From TPA_inf: Saccharomyces (Eukaryota): 64,000 nt of DNA. The notes under the pieces are model-generated. The model was not told the DNA's origin, ran no database searches, and worked only from the letters and a program-made list of their open reading frames with translations. Each line of letters starts with the position of its first letter. Position 1 is the stretch's first letter. The position numbers and the translations under genes are program-made. The stretch spans positions 352,001-416,000 of the forward strand of contig BK006936.2 of NCBI GenBank assembly GCA_000146045.2, in the 5' to 3' direction. Shown piece after piece: positions 57,169-64,000 of this stretch.

Positions 57169-58629
57169 ATGAGTCTTAAAGAAGACGACTTTGGCAAGGA
57201 TAATTCTAGAAATATAGAATCATATACTGGTAGAATTTTTGACGTATATATACAAAAAGATTCGTATTCACAGTCGGCCTTGGATGATATGTTTCCAGAA
57301 GCCGTAGTTTCAACCGCCGCTTGTGTGAAAAATGAAGCGGAGGATAACATCAATCTCATAGACACGCATCCTCAATTCGAACTGGTAAATACTGGACTGG
57401 GTGCTAAATCGGACGATTTGAAATCTCCATCAGCAAAGGCTACGTTCACTGACAAGCAGAGGAAGAATGAAGTACCAAATATATCTGTGAGCAACTACTT
57501 TCCCGGACAAAGTAGCGAAACGTCGTCAACAACGGAATCTTGGACTATCGGTTGTGATAAGTGGTCAGAAAAGGTAGAAGAGGCATTCCTTGAGGCACTT
57601 AGACTGATAATGAAAAATGGGACCACAAAAATAAAAATAAGAAATGCCAATTTTGGAAGAAACGAGCTGATTTCATTATATATCAAGCACAAAACCAACG
57701 AGTTCAGAACCAAAAAGCAAATTTCTTCCCATATTCAAGTCTGGAAGAAGACCATACAAAACAAAATCAAGGACTCGCTGACCCTATCATCAAAGGAGAA
57801 GGAGCTTCTACACCTTATCGAACATGGCGCTGAACAAACTACTGAAAACTCAAACCTGTTTTATGACATATTTGAAGAAATTATCGACTCTCTACCTTCA
57901 GTCAGTGATTCTGGAAGTTTAACCCCTAAAAACCTCTATGTAAGTAATAATAGCAGTGGATTGTCAGTACATTCAAAACTGCTTACGCCAATCACTGCTT
58001 CCAACGAGAAAAAAATTGAAAATTTCATAAAAACTAATGCTGCATCTCAAGCCAAAACCCCCCTCATTTACGCTAAGCACATTTATGAAAACATAGACGG
58101 CTACAAGTGCGTTCCGTCAAAGAGGCCTCTTGAACAACTTTCCCCCACGGAACTCCACCAGGGAGATCGCCCCAATAAGGCTAGCTTTTCCAACAAGAAG
58201 GCAATCCTGGAGAGTGCAAAAAAAATCGAAATAGAGCAGAGAAAGATAATCAACAAATACCAAAGAATTTCCCGCATACAAGAACATGAAAGTAATCCTG
58301 AGTTCAGTTCCAATTCCAATTCCGGTTCAGAGTACGAATCGGAGGAAGAAGTAGTCCCAAGATCAGCCACAGTCACACAACTCCAAAGCAGACCAGTGCC
58401 ATACTACAAGAATAATGGAATGCCCTACTCACTCTCCAAAGTACGAGGAAGGCCCATGTATCCAAGACCTGCTGAAGATGCTTACAATGCCAATTATATT
58501 CAAGGTCTGCCCCAGTACCAAACATCTTATTTTTCGCAGCTGTTATTATCATCACCCCAGCATTACGAACATTCTCCACATCAAAGGAACTTTACGCCAT
58601 CCAACCAATCGCATGGGAACTTTTATTAA
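57169..58629 (+). CDS. TEC1: TEC1 (YBR083W), TEA/ATTS-domain transcription factor of the filamentation/pheromone MAPK pathway, 486 aa
   Basis: The ATG is at 57169. The TEA domain CDKWSEKVEEAFLEALRLIMKNGTTKIKIRNANFGRNELISLYI is present. Confidence 0.95.
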   Translation: MSLKEDDFGKDNSRNIESYTGRIFDVYIQKDSYSQSALDDMFPEAVVSTAACVKNEAEDNINLIDTHPQFELVNTGLGAKSDDLKSPSAKATFTDKQRKNEVPNISVSNYFPGQSSETSSTTESWTIGCDKWSEKVEEAFLEALRLIMKNGTTKIKIRNANFGRNELISLYIKHKTNEFRTKKQISSHIQVWKKTIQNKIKDSLTLSSKEKELLHLIEHGAEQTTENSNLFYDIFEEIIDSLPSVSDSGSLTPKNLYVSNNSSGLSVHSKLLTPITASNEKKIENFIKTNAASQAKTPLIYAKHIYENIDGYKCVPSKRPLEQLSPTELHQGDRPNKASFSNKKAILESAKKIEIEQRKIINKYQRISRIQEHESNPEFSSNSNSGSEYESEEEVVPRSATVTQLQSRPVPYYKNNGMPYSLSKVRGRPMYPRPAEDAYNANYIQGLPQYQTSYFSQLLLSSPQHYEHSPHQRNFTPSNQSHGNFY

Positions 58630-59053
58630 ATGTCTACATACATACATACATCTCGTACATAAATACGCATACGTATCTTCGTAGTAAGAACCGTCACAGA
58701 TATGATTGAGCACGGTACAATTATGTATTAGTCAAACATTACCAGTTCTCGAACAAAACCAAAGCTACTCCTGCAACACTCTTCTATCGCACATGTATGG
58801 TTCTTATTGTTTCCCGAGTTCTTTTTTACTGACGCGCCAGAACGAGTAAGAAAGTTCTCTAGCGCCATGCTGAAATTTTTTTCACTTCAACGGACAGCGA
58901 TTTTTTTTCTTTTTCCTCCGAAATAATGTTGCAGCGGTTCTCGATGCCTCAAGAATTGCAGAAGTAAACCAGCCAATACACATCAAAAAACAACTTTCAT
59001 TACTGTGATTCTCTCAGTCTGTTCATTTGTCAGATATTTAAGGCTAAAAGGAA

Positions 59054-61981
59054 ATGTTGTCGAGACTATCTTTATTGAGTAACTCGAGGGCGTTCCAACA
59101 GGCCAGATGGCGCATTTACCGCTTAAAAGTTTCGCCAACTGTGCATGCTTCTCAATACCATATTCTTTCTGGTAGGAAACTTGCTCAATCTATTCGAGAA
59201 AAAGCCAATGATGAGATACAAGCCATTAAGCTTAAGCATCCTAATTTCAAGCCTACCTTGAAAATCATTCAAGTCGGGGCCAGACCAGACTCATCTACGT
59301 ACGTGAGGATGAAATTGAAAGCTTCAAAGGACAGCAATGTAGACTGTATCATAGAGAAGTTACCAGCAGAAATCACTGAAGTTGAGCTTTTGAAGAAAAT
59401 TAGTGACATCAATGATGATGACTCTATCCATGGGTTGCTAATTCAACTACCTCTACCGCGTCACTTGGATGAAACCACGATTACAAACGCTGTGGACTTT
59501 AAAAAGGACGTTGATGGGTTCCACAGATATAATGCTGGTGAATTGGCTAAAAAAGGAGGGAAACCATACTTCATACCATGTACTCCTTATGGTTGCATGA
59601 AATTACTTGAAGAAGCTCATGTTAAGTTAGATGGTAAGAACGCCGTCGTGTTAGGCAGATCAAGTATCGTCGGAAATCCAATTGCTTCGTTGTTGAAAAA
59701 TGCGAATGCCACTGTTACTGTCTGTCATAGTCATACAAGGAACATTGCAGAAGTGGTCTCCCAAGCTGATATAGTTATCGCAGCTTGCGGTATTCCTCAA
59801 TACGTTAAATCAGACTGGATTAAAGAAGGCGCCGTGGTTATTGATGTAGGTATCAACTACGTACCTGATATCAGTAAGAAAAGTGGGCAAAAATTAGTTG
59901 GTGATGTTGATTTTGATTCTGTAAAGGAAAAGACATCTTATATTACCCCTGTTCCTGGTGGAGTGGGTCCAATGACTGTCGCTATGCTTGTTTCCAATGT
60001 ACTATTAGCTGCTAAAAGGCAATTCGTGGAATCTGAAAAGCTTCCAGTTATCAAACCTCTTCCATTACACTTAGAAAGTCCAGTGCCTTCAGATATTGAT
60101 ATATCAAGAGCTCAGAGTCCTAAGCATATCAAGCAAGTTGCCGAGGAGTTGGGAATCCACTCTCACGAATTAGAATTATACGGCCACTATAAGGCAAAAA
60201 TTTCTCCAAATATTTTTAAAAGATTAGAATCTAGAGAAAACGGTAAGTACGTCCTTGTTGCAGGTATTACTCCGACTCCATTGGGTGAAGGTAAATCCAC
60301 TACGACTATGGGGTTGGTGCAGGCTTTATCCGCTCATTTAGGGAAACCATCCATCGCGAACGTTAGACAACCATCTCTTGGCCCAACCCTGGGTGTCAAA
60401 GGTGGTGCTGCTGGTGGTGGTTATGCCCAAGTTATTCCTATGGACGAGTTCAATTTACATTTGACCGGGGATATTCATGCTATCAGCGCTGCGAACAATC
60501 TTCTTGCAGCAGCTATCGACACTAGAATGTTCCATGAAGCCACTCAGAAGAATGATAGTACATTTTACAAGAGACTAGTTCCAAGAAAAAAAGGCATCAG
60601 AAAGTTTACCCCATCCATGCAGAGAAGGCTTAAAAGATTGGATATTGAAAAAGAAGACCCTGATGCTTTAACACCTGAAGAAGTCAAAAGATTTGCTAGA
60701 TTGAACATAAATCCCGATACTATCACTATCAGAAGAGTTGTCGACATCAATGACAGGATGTTAAGACAAATTACCATTGGCGAAGCCGCTACGGAGAAGG
60801 GTTTTACAAGGACCACTGGATTCGATATCACTGTTGCCTCTGAATTAATGGCCATTTTAGCTCTATCTAAAAGCTTACACGAGATGAAGGAACGTATTGG
60901 ACGCATGGTTATTGGTGCTGATTATGATAACAAACCAGTAACAGTAGAAGATATTGGCTGTACCGGTGCTCTGACTGCATTATTACGTGACGCTATAAAG
61001 CCTAACTTAATGCAAACTTTGGAAGGGACCCCCGTAATGGTTCACGCTGGTCCTTTCGCCAACATCTCCATCGGCGCATCATCAGTAATTGCAGACTTAA
61101 TGGCATTGAAGCTTGTTGGTTCAGAAAAGAACCCGTTAAATGACAAGAACATCCATGAACCTGGTTATGTAGTTACTGAAGCAGGATTCGATTTTGCCAT
61201 GGGTGGTGAAAGATTCTTTGATATCAAATGTCGTTCCTCTGGATTGGTGCCAGATGCAGTTGTCTTAGTCGCAACCGTAAGAGCTTTGAAATCTCATGGA
61301 GGTGCTCCAAATGTTAAGCCCGGACAATCATTACCAAAAGAATACACAGAGGAAAACATCGATTTTGTTGCCAAGGGTGTTAGTAATTTGGTTAAGCAGA
61401 TTGAAAACATCAAAACGTTTGGAATACCAGTCGTTGTAGCAATCAACAGATTTGAAACAGACTCACAGGCAGAGATTGAGGTAATCAAGAAAGCAGCCTT
61501 GAATGCTGGCGCATCTCATGCCGTTACTTCTAATCACTGGATGGAAGGTGGTAAAGGTGCAGTAGAATTAGCACATGCTGTGGTAGATGCAACGAAAGAA
61601 CCAAAGAACTTTAACTTTTTGTACGACGTCAATAGCTCCATCGAGGACAAGCTTACCAGCATCGTCCAAAAAATGTATGGTGGGGCAAAAATCGAAGTAT
61701 CACCAGAAGCCCAAAAAAAGATAGACACCTACAAAAAACAAGGCTTCGGTAATCTTCCCATCTGTATTGCTAAGACACAATATTCATTATCCCATGATCC
61801 ATCATTAAAGGGTGTTCCTAGAGGTTTTACGTTCCCCATCAGGGATGTGAGAGCTTCAATAGGTGCAGGTTATTTATACGCTTTGGCTGCAGAAATTCAA
61901 ACCATACCGGGTCTATCGACATATGCTGGTTACATGGCAGTAGAAGTCGACGACGACGGTGAAATTGAAGGTCTATTTTAA
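59054..61981 (+). CDS. MIS1: MIS1 (YBR084W), mitochondrial trifunctional C1-tetrahydrofolate synthase, 975 aa
   Basis: The ATG is at 59054. An N-terminal mitochondrial presequence (MLSRLSLLSNSRAFQQARWRIYRLK) is followed by the dehydrogenase/cyclohydrolase domain and a formyl-THF synthetase domain with its P-loop (TPLGEGKSTT). Confidence 0.95.
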   Translation: MLSRLSLLSNSRAFQQARWRIYRLKVSPTVHASQYHILSGRKLAQSIREKANDEIQAIKLKHPNFKPTLKIIQVGARPDSSTYVRMKLKASKDSNVDCIIEKLPAEITEVELLKKISDINDDDSIHGLLIQLPLPRHLDETTITNAVDFKKDVDGFHRYNAGELAKKGGKPYFIPCTPYGCMKLLEEAHVKLDGKNAVVLGRSSIVGNPIASLLKNANATVTVCHSHTRNIAEVVSQADIVIAACGIPQYVKSDWIKEGAVVIDVGINYVPDISKKSGQKLVGDVDFDSVKEKTSYITPVPGGVGPMTVAMLVSNVLLAAKRQFVESEKLPVIKPLPLHLESPVPSDIDISRAQSPKHIKQVAEELGIHSHELELYGHYKAKISPNIFKRLESRENGKYVLVAGITPTPLGEGKSTTTMGLVQALSAHLGKPSIANVRQPSLGPTLGVKGGAAGGGYAQVIPMDEFNLHLTGDIHAISAANNLLAAAIDTRMFHEATQKNDSTFYKRLVPRKKGIRKFTPSMQRRLKRLDIEKEDPDALTPEEVKRFARLNINPDTITIRRVVDINDRMLRQITIGEAATEKGFTRTTGFDITVASELMAILALSKSLHEMKERIGRMVIGADYDNKPVTVEDIGCTGALTALLRDAIKPNLMQTLEGTPVMVHAGPFANISIGASSVIADLMALKLVGSEKNPLNDKNIHEPGYVVTEAGFDFAMGGERFFDIKCRSSGLVPDAVVLVATVRALKSHGGAPNVKPGQSLPKEYTEENIDFVAKGVSNLVKQIENIKTFGIPVVVAINRFETDSQAEIEVIKKAALNAGASHAVTSNHWMEGGKGAVELAHAVVDATKEPKNFNFLYDVNSSIEDKLTSIVQKMYGGAKIEVSPEAQKKIDTYKKQGFGNLPICIAKTQYSLSHDPSLKGVPRGFTFPIRDVRASIGAGYLYALAAEIQTIPGLSTYAGYMAVEVDDDGEIEGLF

Positions 61982-62185
61982 ATAGTTTGGCAGACTCCTA
62001 ATGGCATCAATTCGACCTCGATGTCCGTCTGCACGAGTACCCTTTATATAAACAATTGAGATGAGAATATTAGAAAAATGGGTTTTAGTTATGTAGGTAT
62101 ATGTGCATACATACGTATTATCGAAGTTTTTGCTACCTGTTTATTAACTGAGTATGTATATTAAGATAAATTAATTAAAGAAAAT

Positions 62186-63261
62186 TTAAGCGTCTTCCTT
62201 CAATAAAGCATCTCTCTTTTCAGCAACTCTTTGAGCTCTTCTGTCACGAGCAGCTCTGTTCTTCAATCTTCTAGCTTCAGCTTCTTCGTTCAAAGCCTTT
62301 TCACGTTGAGCATCAGCCTTAGCTTGGATGATGTGTTCAACCAAGGCTCTCTTGTGTTTGAAAGCGTTACCCTTAGATTCCTTGTACAAAACATGGTACA
62401 AGTGCTTGTCAATCTTACCAGCATCACGGTACTTAGCCAATAATCTTCTCAAGACACGTAATCTTCTGATCCAGACAACTTGGGATGGTAAACGGGCTTC
62501 TCTGGTACCCTTTCTCTTACCGTAACCACTGTGACGACCTTCTCTCTTAGATTGAGCATGGGCTCTGGTTCTGGATTTAGAGTGGACGGTAACGGCCTTC
62601 TTTACGATGGTACCGTTCTTAACCAATTTTCTAATGGCGTTTCTGGAGTTGGCTTGAGCAATTTCAGAGGTTTCATTTGGATCTAACCAAACCTTTCTCT
62701 TACCGACACCGACGACAGAAGCGGCAAGTCTCTTTTGAGTACGTAAATTAGCCCTGTTAAAGTCATGTTAGTTATTATCGTTCTGTAAGAAGGAAAAAGT
62801 CTATTCGCGTCGAAAGATAGAAATTGCGGTGGTAGACACTTTAAAACTCGCTATAGAAAAATGACATGGTTATTATGTATGCTGGATACTGCAGCAGCTC
62901 GAGTAACTTTTATCACGTAACTGGTTCTCGTATTGAATACTCATATTAATGGTCTCACTTATCGCTATAAATATCTTAATGGTAAACTGCACAGAAAAAA
63001 AATTCTTCCACAAGTTTCCTCTTTTGCCTTTTAGTGCTAAAACTCCGATTATAGAAACATCTGGCTTCACTAGCATATTCATGATGCAAATGGAACACAG
63101 TATCGTTCTTGGCATATATTACCCATATCACTTTTCAATAACGCTGGTGTTTCAGGTGATAACTCATCAAACTCGCATTCCTCAAGAGGGAGTTATTATA
63201 ACAATTCTATCTTATTCCTGATAAACTTTCATAGATTCATTATTCACTGCATCACATACAT
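62186..63261 (-). CDS. RPL19A: RPL19A (YBR084C-A), ribosomal protein L19, 189 aa, spliced. The exon1 coding part is 63260..63261 ('AT' only), the intron is 62754..63259 (506 nt), exon2 is 62186..62753
   Basis: The mRNA reads ...AAAAAT|GTATGTGATGC...intron...TTAACAG|GGCTAATTTACGT. Splicing restores ATG GCT AAT TTA CGT, giving [28 protein letters not shown]...[11 protein letters not shown]... and 189 aa. Confidence 0.9.
62754..63259 (-). other. RPL19A: RPL19A intron, 506 nt, lying between the T and the G of the start codon
   Basis: The 5' splice site reads ATG TATGT on the minus strand ('acatacat' at + 63254..63261). The acceptor is ACAG|GGCT, which on the + strand is 'gccctg' at 62751..62756. 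Confidence 0.85.
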
Positions 63262-63683
63262 TTTTGCTTTGGAGTTCTTAATCAACTTTCTATGTGAAGC
63301 GTAAAATCAATAGTTACCTTGTATTCTCTGTTGATCACTGTCCAAACCTATATTTTTGTTTCCCCCTCAGAGAAGTTAGGTCGATGCCTATCGTAGTTTG
63401 CAAGGAAGACGGCTTCCAACTGAGACCGCCCTAGTCTGGCAGGATTCGTGAAAGGAGTCCATGCCAGCTGCTACCCAGGGATTGCCACGGCCCCGGCCAG
63501 CGTATAGTACACTGTCAGGAGCAATTCGAAGAGGCAACCAAAATTATGCTAAGCATCGCACTCTCTCTCAGTCTGGTGCTAAGCGGAAGACATGCTTCCA
63601 ATGGCCTCCTCACCGAGAACGGATATTAAACGAAACGAAGAAAAAAAATCTTCACGGAAAATGCGTAATGTCTGGATGACAAA

Positions 63684-63695
63684 ATGCATGGGTGT
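63684..63695 (-). promoter_or_regulatory. RPL19A: Rap1 site ACACCCATGCAT (minus orientation), about 425 bp upstream of the RPL19A ATG
   Basis: The + strand reads ATGCATGGGTGT. It matches the Rap1 consensus ACACCCRYACAYY at 12 of 13 positions. Ribosomal-protein gene promoters typically carry Rap1 sites 250-450 bp upstream. Confidence 0.6.
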
Positions 63696-63764
63696 AAAAA
63701 AGGAAATGAGACGAACTTGTAATAAACCTTAGTGGGTTGACGAATTTTGAAATAAAGTTTTTCC

Positions 63765-63781
63765 TTTTTTTTTTTTTTTTT
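63765..63781. promoter_or_regulatory. Poly(dA:dT) tract (T17) in the RPL19A/AAC3 divergent intergenic region
   Basis: Read directly. Tracts like this exclude nucleosomes in yeast promoters. Confidence 0.7.
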
Positions 63782-63982
63782 CTTTTTCATTGTTTGGTTG
63801 CCTTCAAATTACATATAAGATTTCTCGAGAAGGGTTTTCCATTGTCCTTTTCATTAGGCGTTGAAGTGAATCTAAAGTGCGCTTGAATGATTTCAGATAG
63901 AAAGACTAAAGAAGTGGTGTGAGTATAATTAACTCAATTGAAGACGGTTTACCTGAAGTGATATACTGTGCCTTGAGAAACA

Positions 63983-64000
63983 ATGAGTAGCGACGCTAAG
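63983..64000 (+). CDS. AAC3: AAC3 (YBR085W), mitochondrial ADP/ATP carrier, 5' end only (MSSDAK...), truncated by the window edge
   Basis: ATG AGT AGC GAC GCT AAG at 63983..64000. AAC3 is the expected next gene in the chrII order. Confidence 0.7.

Overview
This window is a well-annotated stretch of the Saccharomyces cerevisiae chromosome II right arm, gene for gene the run YBR057C (MUM2) to the start of YBR085W (AAC3). I saw no evidence of an undescribed biological system; every substantial ORF corresponds to a characterised or at least catalogued yeast gene. It is not prokaryotic, there is no CRISPR array, and I recognise no Ty element or LTR. I call 30 protein-coding genes (28 high-confidence, plus low-confidence YBR072C-A and the first six codons of AAC3) and a tandem tRNA-Arg(UCU)-tRNA-Asp(GUC) pair. 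Four genes are spliced: YBR062C, ECM33, UBC4 and RPL19A. All 17 genes from 1 to 27,943 lie on the minus strand. The ORF track translates GTG/TTG/CTG starts as M, so several track ORFs run upstream of the real ATG; I trimmed those N-termini to the first ATG that reproduces the known protein length. The things most worth a second look are: (1) the YBR062C intron has two TAG acceptors 5 nt apart, and the branch-proximal one would create an immediate stop codon; (2) the RPL19A intron splits the ATG start codon; (3) a 17/17 match to the extended ARS consensus sits in the UBC4-TEC1 intergenic region; (4) the TEC1 promoter has a Ste12/Tec1 site cluster, including one FRE-like composite; (5) the tandem permease paralogues BAP2 and TAT1 carry matching CGGC-repeat clusters upstream; (6) the HSP26 promoter has a perfect 18-bp tandem duplication carrying two STREs; (7) the ORC2-TRM7 gap is 2.27 kb with no feature; (8) there are several coding and non-coding tandem repeats. 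All coordinates below were derived by hand from the printed sequence and the ORF track.
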